64,000 nucleotides of DNA, from NCBI GenBank assembly GCA_034506315.1, contig JAPDPT010000005.1:36653-100652 (forward strand), given 5' to 3'. How positions within the stretch are numbered: the stretch's first letter is position 1; the number at the start of each line of letters is the position of its first letter. Positions 54,021-63,053 of this stretch are shown piece by piece. Made by a program: the position numbers and the translations under genes. The DNA is from Candidatus Zhuqueibacterota bacterium. Its GTDB lineage: Bacteria; Zhuqueibacterota; Zhuqueibacteria; Oleimicrobiales; Geothermoviventaceae. The notes beneath the pieces were generated by a model, which made no database searches, had not been told where the DNA came from, and worked only from the letters and a program-made list of their open reading frames with translations.

Positions 54021-57000
54021 GAATCCCCTTTGCGCTTCCCTTGGCTCAGGAGCCAGAGATAGGCGTCCTCCAGCGTCGGCCTTACGGGCACGGCTTCCGG
54101 AGCGGGTTGGATCTCGGATAGGCACCGGACCCGGATCCGATCCCGATCCCTCATATGGTGGACGATAAGCAGGCGTTGGCGAAGGGAATCGAGCTCTTCC
54201 GGGGCCGCGTACAGTTGCCACACACGCCCCTCCGCTTGGCGCGCCATGTCGCCAGGGGTTCCCGTGTAGATCAGCCGTCCGCCATTCAGCACTACGACCT
54301 GATTGCAGGAGCTGGAGATATCCTCGATGATGTGCGTGGAGAACAGCACGATACGGTTGCGGCTGAGTTCGACGAGCAAGTTCCGGAATCGAATGCGTTC
54401 GCGCGGATCCAGCCCCGCTGTAGGTTCGTCCACCACCAGAATGCGTGGCAGATGGAGGAGGGTCTGGGCGATGCCTATCCGCTGCTTCATCCCGCCGGAA
54501 AAGGAGCCGATGCGCTCGTGTTTGTGCTCCTCCATGTGCACAGCGCGCAGAACCTCGTCGATCCGCTTCTCCCGCTCCTCCCGATCCACCAGTCCCTTGA
54601 GGATCGCCTGATAGCTCAGGAACTCGTACGCGGTCATGTTTTCGTACACGCCGAATTCCTGTGGGAGATAGCCGATCAATGCCTGTAGCTCTTCCCGGCG
54701 CTCCTGGGTATCCACGCCGTTGATCCACACTTTGCCGTAGCTCTGTTCGAGGATCCCGCAGATGATCCGCATCAGCGTGGTCTTGCCTGCACCATTGGGC
54801 CCCACCAGACCAATCATGCCCTCACCTATCTCCAGGGAGACCCGGTCCAGAGCCTTAAACGGTCGTTTCCGGCGCCCCAGAATGGGGATGGACATCACGA
54901 GGCGGTAAAGGCCCTTCCGGAAACCCGCAAACCTGCCCTGGATCCGGGCAAGGCTCACCTCCTGGGCGTAAAGTCGCGCCGAGGCCTGATGGATCGCCAG
55001 GGCCAGATACCACACGAGGCCGGCAAAAAGCACCACCAGGGGTTGCCGCCAACGGAAGAAAAAGAACGTCAGGTTCAAGAAGGGGAAGCCCCAGAGAAAG
55101 ACGGGGCGAAAGATCCTGCCCGCACCTGCCGCCCACCGACCACCACCCCTCTCGGCCGAAAGACGGACCAGGGGCTCCACTTCACGCCACAGGTGCAGGA
55201 CGTAGAAGAAAACCGCCTGCGCCAGGAGAAGCTGCCAGATTCGAGAGCGCAGGTAGAAGTACACGAAGTACACCAGGAAGCCGAGCAGAGGCAGTTTCCA
55301 GATCCAGGTCTCCAGATCGCGCCACCGCTGAGCAACCCGACAGTCGCGCTGGCTCAAGCGCTGGCCCTTTTTCCACTCGCGGACAAAGCGAGAATCCCAG
55401 TCGTAGATCTTGACCAGGTTACGCACTCGAATGCGCAGGCTCTGGCCCTCCTCGAGCACGGATCGGTCGGCCCGCCGCAAGCTGGTCAGCCCAAAGTAGG
55501 TCAAAGCGGGAATTCCCAGCGCCAGCAGGACCAGGTCGGCCAGTCTCCAGACCGTCGTGTGGACGTGCGCGTAGATCTGCCAGGCGCCCATTGCAAAGGC
55601 GCCGTACTGCAGAGCCTTGAGCCGCCAGTCCAGACCCCGGAACCACTGCAAGGCCGTTTCCAGGCCGGTGTAAACCGTCGGGATGAAGACCAGGGTGAAC
55701 AGCGTGCTCACTGCCAGGCCCCCGATTACGGTGATGGCAAAAGGGGCCCCGATCTGCGCCACGTACTCCACCTGCCCCATCGCTAGGGGTAGCATGGCGA
55801 TCATCGTCGTGATGGCCGTGATCAGAATGGGACGCACACGCGCTTGCCCCGCCACCATCAGGGCACGAGATCGACGGAATCCCCGCTGCCGCAGGATGCG
55901 AGTGAAATCGATCAGGATGATGCCGTTGTTTACCACTACCCCGATCAGGATCAGAAAGCCCGTCAGCGTGTTCGCATTGAACAAAGAATTCTTGGTGAGG
56001 ATCAGGGCCCAGAGGGAACCCGTAGCTGCCAAGGGGATGGTGAACATCATCACCAGGGGGGTCACGGCAGATTCAAACACGGACGCCAGGATCATGTAGA
56101 TCAGAATGAGGGCGGCCGCGGTCAGGAAATAGAACTCGCCGAGCTCGGTCTCCTGATGGATGATCTGCACCGCAATTCCAGCAGGGAAAGACAAGCTGCC
56201 AAGGACTCGATCCACCTCGGCCCTGGCGGACTCCAGCAACGGCTTGGAGCTGTTCACATCCGGGAGAAATTGGTACACCACCTCGATCTGCTTTTCCTGA
56301 TTCAGCCTGCGGATGCTGCCCCGCCCGCTGGCAAGGACGATGCGGCTGAGCTCCTCCAGGGTCAGGAAGGCCTCGTCGCCAGCGCCCACGACGAGGCTAC
56401 GCAGGTCGTCCAGAGAGCGTTCAGTGACTCTCTCCTCCCCTCTCTCCTGGACCCGGATGGTGATGTCGTATTCCTCCGTCCCCTGCCGGTACCGCATCCC
56501 AGAGGAGAACTCGGTGCCAAACGTCGCCAGCTCCGCCGCCACCTGAGCCAGGGTTAGGTTGTACTGGCTCATCACGTTCTGGTCGAAGTAAAGGTGGACT
56601 TCGGGGCGGGCCCCGGACACGTTCAACCGCACGGTCTGCACGAAGGACAAGTTCTCCAGATAGTACCGGATGTCGTCCGCCACACGGAGCATCTGATCGA
56701 AGTCCTGGCCCCGGATTACCACCCTCTCCTGCTGCGTCCCGATGCCCAGGAGACGCTCCAGCTGCGCGGCAGGGTTGCTCATGCCGCCCCCCACCCGGAA
56801 CCGCCGGCTGGAGGCAGGCTGCTCGAAGCTGATTTCCGCCGTCCGGAAATCCTTCAAGCGGTTCTGAATCTCCTCCTTAACCTGCGCCAGATCTCTTCCC
56901 TTGATCTTGCGGTAGTTCTCCTTGAGGCGCACGGTGACCACCGCTTCATCTTCGTAGATCCGGCTGATGACGTCCTGTTTCTCCTCCAGGTTCTCCAGCC

Positions 57001-58753
57001 GGGCCTCAACCTCCCGTACGAGGCCGTCCGTGTTTTCCAGCGTGCTTCCCTGTGGCATCGTGACGTAGAGGGTGAGCTCGCTGGTGTCCACCTCGCGTGT
57101 CACGTTCAGGCTCACCGCCAGGGCAATAAAGATGGAGGCGAAAAAGGCTACCAGGGCAACAACGACGGTGCGCGCGGGGAATCGCAGGCACGACTTCAAC
57201 AGGAGGAGGTAAATCTGCATCAGGCGGTTCGTCCGCCGCACCTGGTAGAATTCCGCACCCCCGCTTCTTCCCGTCCTCGCGAGGTAAGAATGGACGATCA
57301 TTGGGACGAGAAGCAGAGCAACCAGGAGCGACACACTGAGGGTGGACACGATGGACACGCCGATCTGGCGGCCGATGAGCTTCACCAGAAAGTTTGAGGA
57401 GAAGGCGAAGGGCAAGAAGACGACCATCGTCGTGAGCGTGGAGGCCACGATCGACCTCCACACTTCGCTCGTCCCTTGGATCACCGCACGGTCGACGGGC
57501 TGGCCACGGCTCCGCAGGCGGTAGATGTTCTCGAGTACCACCACGCTGCTATCCAGGAGCATCCCCACGGCCAGGGCCATGCCGACCAGCGTCAGGCTGT
57601 TCAGGGACACGTGCAACGCGTAGAGCAGATTGAGGGCGGCCAGGATCGAGATGGGAATGGCGAGGGCGATGATCACCACCAGGCGCAGGTTCCGCAGGAA
57701 CACCCAAAGCACTCCGACGGCGAGTAGCCCTCCGGTCAGCGCGAGCTGCTTAATCAGCTGGATGTTGCGCTCCATCAGCTCAGCGGCGTCGCTCTGGACC
57801 ACGATCTCCAGCCCCTGCCACCCCAGCTGGCGATTGAGGTCGGCGATCACCCGCCGGGTGGCGTGGGCCAGCTGGATCAGATTGGTCTGCGCATCCCGCA
57901 CCAGAACGACGCTGACCGCCTCCTTGCCATTGACGCGACTGAGGGAGGTCTGCTCCTTCGTGCCGAAGTAGACCTGGGCCACGTCCTTCAGAAGGACAGG
58001 CCCTTCCTGCCTCACCACCAGGTTCTCCAGATCGCGGACGTCCGTGTAATCGGCCACCACGTTCACGAAATATTTCCGGTCCGCCCCGTACACATGGCCG
58101 ACAAAGGTGCGCTGGGCGCCGCTCTGGCGAATCAGGTTGCGGATTTGCGAGGGGGTCAGGTTGAAGGCCCGCAGGGCCTCAGGATCGAGGATGATCTCTA
58201 CGGAACGCTGCCTGCCGCCGAAGACCTGTACGCTGGCGATGCCGTCGATGCTCTCCAGCTTTGGGACGATCTTGTCGTCCACCACGTACCGAATCCAGTC
58301 GACATCCCCCGAGCCGCGAACCTGCAGGGTCATGAACTGATTGGTGAGCTGCTCGGTGTCCACCTTGTACACGTCCACCGAGAAGATCTCCGGAAGCTGC
58401 GCCCGCACCTGGTCCACCCTCTCCTGCAGACGCAGATAGGCGTACTTCATCTTGACGTTCGGGTTGAAGTAGACCACGATCATCCCCTGGCGTTGCTCGG
58501 CAAAGGATTCGATCCGGTCGATTCCCTCAAGGCCGCCGATCACACCCTCCAGGGGGATGATCGCCTGGCTTTCCAAGTATTCGGGGTCTACCTCCTGGCT
58601 GGCCGTGACCCGCACGATCAGGTAAGGAAGATCGGCCGAGGGGTACAGCTCCATGGGAAGCTGCCGATAGGAGATGTACCCCAGCATCGTCACGCCCACA
58701 AAGAGCATGCTCACCAGCGTTTTCCGGGAGATCACGAAGCGGATCAGGCCCAT
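54017..58753 (-). CDS. In-frame fusion: complete RND (AcrB/CzcA-type) efflux permease + about 6 additional TM helices + complete ABC ATPase domain
   Basis: The N-terminal ~1040 aa carry 12 RND TM segments with the two large periplasmic loops (MGLIRFVISRKTLVSMLFVGVTMLGY ... AITVIGGLAVSTLFTLVFIPTVY). Extra hydrophobic helices follow (WIWKLPLLGFLVYFVYFYL, IWQLLLAQAVFFYVLHLW, IFRPVFLWGFPFLNLTFFFF, LVVLFAGLVWYLALAI). The ABC domain is complete: Walker A GPNGAGKTT, Q-loop, signature FSGGMKQR, Walker B ILVVDEPTAGLD and H-loop STHII. There is no stop codon between the parts. ATG at 58751-58753; the ORF-track maximum is 58882 (TTG). Confidence 0.7.
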   Translation of the reverse strand: MGLIRFVISRKTLVSMLFVGVTMLGYISYRQLPMELYPSADLPYLIVRVTASQEVDPEYLESQAIIPLEGVIGGLEGIDRIESFAEQRQGMIVVYFNPNVKMKYAYLRLQERVDQVRAQLPEIFSVDVYKVDTEQLTNQFMTLQVRGSGDVDWIRYVVDDKIVPKLESIDGIASVQVFGGRQRSVEIILDPEALRAFNLTPSQIRNLIRQSGAQRTFVGHVYGADRKYFVNVVADYTDVRDLENLVVRQEGPVLLKDVAQVYFGTKEQTSLSRVNGKEAVSVVLVRDAQTNLIQLAHATRRVIADLNRQLGWQGLEIVVQSDAAELMERNIQLIKQLALTGGLLAVGVLWVFLRNLRLVVIIALAIPISILAALNLLYALHVSLNSLTLVGMALAVGMLLDSSVVVLENIYRLRSRGQPVDRAVIQGTSEVWRSIVASTLTTMVVFLPFAFSSNFLVKLIGRQIGVSIVSTLSVSLLVALLLVPMIVHSYLARTGRSGGAEFYQVRRTNRLMQIYLLLLKSCLRFPARTVVVALVAFFASIFIALAVSLNVTREVDTSELTLYVTMPQGSTLENTDGLVREVEARLENLEEKQDVISRIYEDEAVVTVRLKENYRKIKGRDLAQVKEEIQNRLKDFRTAEISFEQPASSRRFRVGGGMSNPAAQLERLLGIGTQQERVVIRGQDFDQMLRVADDIRYYLENLSFVQTVRLNVSGARPEVHLYFDQNVMSQYNLTLAQVAAELATFGTEFSSGMRYRQGTEEYDITIRVQERGEERVTERSLDDLRSLVVGAGDEAFLTLEELSRIVLASGRGSIRRLNQEKQIEVVYQFLPDVNSSKPLLESARAEVDRVLGSLSFPAGIAVQIIHQETELGEFYFLTAAALILIYMILASVFESAVTPLVMMFTIPLAATGSLWALILTKNSLFNANTLTGFLILIGVVVNNGIILIDFTRILRQRGFRRSRALMVAGQARVRPILITAITTMIAMLPLAMGQVEYVAQIGAPFAITVIGGLAVSTLFTLVFIPTVYTGLETALQWFRGLDWRLKALQYGAFAMGAWQIYAHVHTTVWRLADLVLLALGIPALTYFGLTSLRRADRSVLEEGQSLRIRVRNLVKIYDWDSRFVREWKKGQRLSQRDCRVAQRWRDLETWIWKLPLLGFLVYFVYFYLRSRIWQLLLAQAVFFYVLHLWREVEPLVRLSAERGGGRWAAGAGRIFRPVFLWGFPFLNLTFFFFRWRQPLVVLFAGLVWYLALAIHQASARLYAQEVSLARIQGRFAGFRKGLYRLVMSIPILGRRKRPFKALDRVSLEIGEGMIGLVGPNGAGKTTLMRIICGILEQSYGKVWINGVDTQERREELQALIGYLPQEFGVYENMTAYEFLSYQAILKGLVDREEREKRIDEVLRAVHMEEHKHERIGSFSGGMKQRIGIAQTLLHLPRILVVDEPTAGLDPRERIRFRNLLVELSRNRIVLFSTHIIEDISSSCNQVVVLNGGRLIYTGTPGDMARQAEGRVWQLYAAPEELDSLRQRLLIVHHMRDRDRIRVRCLSEIQPAPEAVPVRPTLEDAYLWLLSQGKRKGDS

Positions 58754-58844
58754 CGTCAACGAAGCTCGTTTTCGTCCGTCGCCGTACCTTCCGTCACCGC
58801 CTACCCCCTCGGAGGTAGCTGCTTTGCCGACCTCTGCGGGCAAC

Positions 58845-61800
58845 TCAGCTCTCTCTCGCCCGTCGCGGGCGGAGATGGTCAAGGACGTCGTACACGCACG
58901 GGATGACCACGAGGGTCAGCAATGTCGAGCTGGTCAACCCGCCGATCACCGCAAGGGCCAGAGGAGATCGGAGCGTTGCCCCTTCCCCAAGGCCGAAACT
59001 CAGAGGTAAGAGAGCCAGGATGGTCGTCAGACTGGTCATCAGGATTGGACGAATGCGCCGGGCACCAGCCTCGAGGATCGCTTCTTGCCGGGACATTCCC
59101 TCCCTGCGCAGCTGATTGATTGCGTCCACCAGGATGATCGAGTCGTTCACCGCAATCCCGGCCAGCACGATCATTCCGATGTAGGCAATGATGTTCAGGG
59201 GTCTGCCCAGCAAGTAGAAGAGCCACACCGATCCCACCAGCGCCAGAGGGATGGTGAGGAGAATCGTAAAGGGATGAACCAGGGATTCGAACTGGGAGGC
59301 TAGAACCATGTACACGAGCACGACCGAGAGGACCAGGGCGAACGAAAGGCTCCGAAACGCATCCTGTCGCTTTTCCTCCTCTCCGGTCACCGCCAGGCGA
59401 TAGTCTGGAGGCAGGGGCAAGTCCGCCAGCCTGCGCTCAACCTCTTTCACGACGTGGTCGAACGGACGGCCGCTCCGGACGTGGGCGGAGATCTTGCCGA
59501 TGCGGGTCTGGTTCCGCCGATGGATCTCCCGCGGCGCATAGCCCATCTCGATCCGGGCCACCTCGTCCAGCCTCACCTTCTCCGAACCTTGGGTGAGGTA
59601 AATATCCTCGAGCTGAGAAAGCGGAACCTTCGGTAGGCGCAGGGTGATGTCCCGTAGCTCTCCGCCCGCTTCCCACTGATCCACCACCCTGCCCTGCAAA
59701 ATGTCCCGTAGCTGCGAGGCGACCTGGCTTACCCCGAGGTTGTAAAGGCCGGCGCGCAGGCGGTCGACGACCACGTTGACCTCGGGCCTTCCCTTCTCGA
59801 AAGAAGTCTCGAGGTTAAAAAGATCGGGTACCGAGGCAAGCCGGGTTCTGGCCTCTTCGGTCAGCTTCTCCAGCTCGTCCAGGTCCTCGCCGCGAATCTC
59901 CACTGCCAGAGGCGCTTCTTCCGTCCCCAGAGCCAGGCGCAACGCTACCTGCTCCTGCACGAATTCCGCCTGTAGATCGGGCACCTCCGAAAGCACTTTT
60001 CCCAGCCTGGCAATGGCCTCTTCCGTTCGAATGCCCCCCTGCTTCTTCAGCCGCACGTAAACGGTGGCGGTATTCTCATCCTCAAAGACGGCCGTCTCGC
60101 TGGCGCTGATGTCCTCCGACGGCCCTATGTGGCTGTAGACAAGCTCCACCCCATCACCCAGGACCTGGCCGATCAGGGTCTCCACGTCCGAAACCGTTGC
60201 CTCCGTCCGAGCAAGCTCCGTCCCCTCAGGCAGGCGAAGGCGAATGGAGAATTCGCGCAGGTCAGCCCGAGGGACGAACTCCTTGCCGACATGGGGCAGG
60301 ATCAAGACCGTGAGGACCACGAGCAGGATGCTGGCCGCGATCACCTGCCCCTTGCGTCGGAGGATTTGCGCCAGCACTCCACGATACCAGGAGAAACGGA
60401 AGGAGCGAATGGGGGCCGTCGTCCGTGGTTGCAAGAAGCGCGCGCTGAGCACAGGAATCACCAGCATGGCTACAGCAAGGGAAGCGAGCAACGAGAAGGC
60501 TACCGTCCAGGCCTCGTCCCGGAACAGCTGTGCCGAGAACCCGTGCAGATAGACAATGGGCAGGAAAACCACTACAGTGGTCAAGGTAGAGGCTGTGATG
60601 GCGCCGCCGACCTGCGCTGCGCCCTCGACGACCGCCTCCCGTAAAGGTCGCCCCCGCTCCAGCAGCCGCGAGATGTTCTCCACCACCACAATGGCGTTGT
60701 CGACAAGCATGCCCGCCCCAAGGGCCAGGCCGCCGAGCGTCATAAGGTTCAGTGTCAGCCCGTTGAAATACATCATGTTGAAGGTGGCAATGATTGAGAT
60801 GGGGATAGCCAGGCTCACCACCAACGTGGAGCCGATCCTCCGCAGGAACACGTAGAGCACCATGACCGCCAGGACAATCCCCACCGCTGCGGTCTGCTTG
60901 ACTTCCCCAACGGCCTGGCGGATGAACTCGCCCTGGTCGCGCACGACTTCGATCCGGTAGCCGGGAAGCGCCCTGCGCAATTCCTCCAGCTTTTCGAGGA
61001 CCGCCCGCACCGCCTCCACCGTGTTGAAGCGCGTCTCTTTGTACACCGAAAGCCCCACACAACGCCGGCCGTTCAAGTGAACGAGGTTGTACGGATCCTT
61101 CGTCCGGTAGGAAATACGCGCCACGTCTTTCAGGTAGATCGGTGTACGGACCCCGGTCGCGTTCCCCGCAAGATCCGTCTCCTGACGGTAGCCGACGATG
61201 GCGCTGCCAAAGTCCTCCAGAGTCCGGAAGCTCCCCACTCCCCGAATCACGTATCGCAGGCCGAATTCGACTACGGAACCCCCGGAAACCTCGCGGTTCA
61301 GAGCCTGAATACGGGAGCTCAGGGCATCCAGGCTGAGACCGTAGGCCTCCAGAAGGTACGGATCCGTCTCGATGGCCACTTCCTTCTCTTCTTGCCCCGA
61401 CAGCCGTACCTCCGCAATCCCCTCCAGACGGATCAGCTCGTTCCGGAGGGTGTTCTCCGCCACTTTCCGCAGCTCGTCCAGATCCTCAATCTCCGGGTGC
61501 CAAAGGGCAAGTACCAGGATCGGCTCCGCGTTGGGGTCGTGCTGGCTGATGGTCAGTTCTTCGATATCCGGGTTCTGCGCGTACGGGGATAGGGTTTTCT
61601 GGAGGTCCAGAAAAGCCTCGTCCATGTCCGTGTTCCACGCGTACTCCACGGTCACCTGGGCTACCCCCACGCGGCAGATCGAGGAGACGTCCACCACGCC
61701 CCTCTGGCGGATGGCCAGCGCCTCGATCCCATCGACGAACAGCTTCTCCATCTCCTCGGGTGGCCTCTCGCCGGCCTTGACCTCCACGTAGATGCGCGGG

Positions 61801-61928
61801 TTGGTGTAGGCGGGGAAAAGATCCACCCCCAGGCGGCGGAAGGAAAGGTAACCCAGCAGGAGTACCGCCAGGACGGCCATCAGGACGGTGACGGGATAAC
61901 TCACGGCTGCGGAAACGAGTCTACGCAT
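58845..61928 (-). CDS. RND family efflux transporter permease (HAE1/AcrB-like), paralogue of the RND part of the downstream fusion
   Basis: 1027 aa with the canonical 12-TM topology and two periplasmic loops (MRRLVSAAVSYPVTVLMAVLAVLLLGYLSF...; ...AIVVVENISRL...). ATG at 61926-61928. Confidence 0.9.
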   Translation of the reverse strand: MRRLVSAAVSYPVTVLMAVLAVLLLGYLSFRRLGVDLFPAYTNPRIYVEVKAGERPPEEMEKLFVDGIEALAIRQRGVVDVSSICRVGVAQVTVEYAWNTDMDEAFLDLQKTLSPYAQNPDIEELTISQHDPNAEPILVLALWHPEIEDLDELRKVAENTLRNELIRLEGIAEVRLSGQEEKEVAIETDPYLLEAYGLSLDALSSRIQALNREVSGGSVVEFGLRYVIRGVGSFRTLEDFGSAIVGYRQETDLAGNATGVRTPIYLKDVARISYRTKDPYNLVHLNGRRCVGLSVYKETRFNTVEAVRAVLEKLEELRRALPGYRIEVVRDQGEFIRQAVGEVKQTAAVGIVLAVMVLYVFLRRIGSTLVVSLAIPISIIATFNMMYFNGLTLNLMTLGGLALGAGMLVDNAIVVVENISRLLERGRPLREAVVEGAAQVGGAITASTLTTVVVFLPIVYLHGFSAQLFRDEAWTVAFSLLASLAVAMLVIPVLSARFLQPRTTAPIRSFRFSWYRGVLAQILRRKGQVIAASILLVVLTVLILPHVGKEFVPRADLREFSIRLRLPEGTELARTEATVSDVETLIGQVLGDGVELVYSHIGPSEDISASETAVFEDENTATVYVRLKKQGGIRTEEAIARLGKVLSEVPDLQAEFVQEQVALRLALGTEEAPLAVEIRGEDLDELEKLTEEARTRLASVPDLFNLETSFEKGRPEVNVVVDRLRAGLYNLGVSQVASQLRDILQGRVVDQWEAGGELRDITLRLPKVPLSQLEDIYLTQGSEKVRLDEVARIEMGYAPREIHRRNQTRIGKISAHVRSGRPFDHVVKEVERRLADLPLPPDYRLAVTGEEEKRQDAFRSLSFALVLSVVLVYMVLASQFESLVHPFTILLTIPLALVGSVWLFYLLGRPLNIIAYIGMIVLAGIAVNDSIILVDAINQLRREGMSRQEAILEAGARRIRPILMTSLTTILALLPLSFGLGEGATLRSPLALAVIGGLTSSTLLTLVVIPCVYDVLDHLRPRRARES

Positions 61929-61952
61929 GGGATTGACTTCTCGCCTTTCCGG

Positions 61953-63005
61953 TTAGCGGATGATCTTGACCTGCGAACCGTCGCGCAGGGTTTCGAAGCC
62001 CTTTACCACCACGCGTTCGTTCTCTGCCAGACCCCGCACTACCTCCACCTGGTCGGGATTCTCCAGGCCGAGCTGCACGAGGCGCTCACGTGCCACCCCT
62101 CGCTCAACCACGTACACCACCTTCCCACGGCTGCGCGACAATACAATGTCCTTCGGGATCACCACCACCCCCTCGTGGCGCTCCACGATGATCTCCCCCT
62201 TCACGAACATTCCTGGGCGCAGGGTCCACTCCGGATTGTCGACCAGGATCGTCACTTTGAACGAGCGGGTATCCGGATCCAGAGCCGGTGAGACCTGGGT
62301 CACCCGCCCCTGTAACGTGTCCCGCGACGAGGCGTAATTCATGACGCGAACGGGCTGCTCCACTCTTACCCGACCAAGCTCCTTTCCGGGGAGATTCACC
62401 TCCAGGATCAGCTGATGATAGTCCATCAGACTGACCATGGGCTGGTTGGCGTTGACCTTCACCCCGGGCGTGTAGTAAGGCAGGTCCACAATCACTCCGT
62501 CGAAGGGCGCCCGTACTTCCAGTTTGCCCAGCTGGAGCTGAGCGTACTGGTAGTTGTACTGAGCGTCCATCAGGGCTTTCTCCGCCTCGCGCAGTTCCCG
62601 CAGGGTCACGCCCCCCTTCTCGTACAGGGATTTCTGCTTCTCGTATTCTTGCTTCGCAATGTCCAGGTTCAGCTTTTGGCTCTCGATCTTGATGTTGTTT
62701 TCCAGCTCGGGATTCTCCAGCCGAATGATAAGCTCGCCCTTCTTGGCCAGATCTCCGAGGGCGTAGGGCTTCTGGGTGCGCGGATTCCTCTGCAGGTGGT
62801 AGAATCCTTCGGTCTCTGAGACAAGCTGAGCTTCACGCACCGCGCGCACCGTTCCGGTGACGACCACAAACTCCTCAATGGAGCCCAGTTCGACGTCCAT
62901 GACTGAAACCGGAACGGCGATCTCCGCCCCCGTCTGTACCTCTTGGCGGCCACAGGCGACGCCCAGACTCAGCACCAAAATCCCGATGAGCAGGTTCTTC
63001 CTCAC
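61953..63005 (-). CDS. Efflux RND periplasmic adaptor subunit (membrane fusion protein, HlyD/AcrA family) lipoprotein
   Basis: A lipoprotein signal ...RKNLLIGILVLSLGVACG runs from the GTG at 63003-63005, with a GAGGGAG RBS. The body has coiled-coil and beta-barrel MFP features (...LGKLEVRAPFDGVIVDL...). Confidence 0.8.
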   Translation of the reverse strand: MRKNLLIGILVLSLGVACGRQEVQTGAEIAVPVSVMDVELGSIEEFVVVTGTVRAVREAQLVSETEGFYHLQRNPRTQKPYALGDLAKKGELIIRLENPELENNIKIESQKLNLDIAKQEYEKQKSLYEKGGVTLRELREAEKALMDAQYNYQYAQLQLGKLEVRAPFDGVIVDLPYYTPGVKVNANQPMVSLMDYHQLILEVNLPGKELGRVRVEQPVRVMNYASSRDTLQGRVTQVSPALDPDTRSFKVTILVDNPEWTLRPGMFVKGEIIVERHEGVVVIPKDIVLSRSRGKVVYVVERGVARERLVQLGLENPDQVEVVRGLAENERVVVKGFETLRDGSQVKIIR

Positions 63006-63053
63006 GGAGCTCCCTCGCACTTCAGTCCATGCCGCAGCAGTTTCCAAGCGATG

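Noticed and set aside
57000-57100. The LRIRVRNLVKIY segment as the first beta-strand of the ABC domain, implying a 190-aa TM insertion inside the NBD
   Set aside because: A simpler reading is six accessory TM helices followed by a normal NBD. The motif resemblance is short and may be coincidental.
54017-58882. Splitting the 1621-aa ORF into separate RND and ABC genes
   Set aside because: There is no in-frame stop anywhere between the RND C-terminus and the ABC Walker A. Splitting would require assuming a sequence error, so the region is kept as one CDS and the artefact possibility is flagged.
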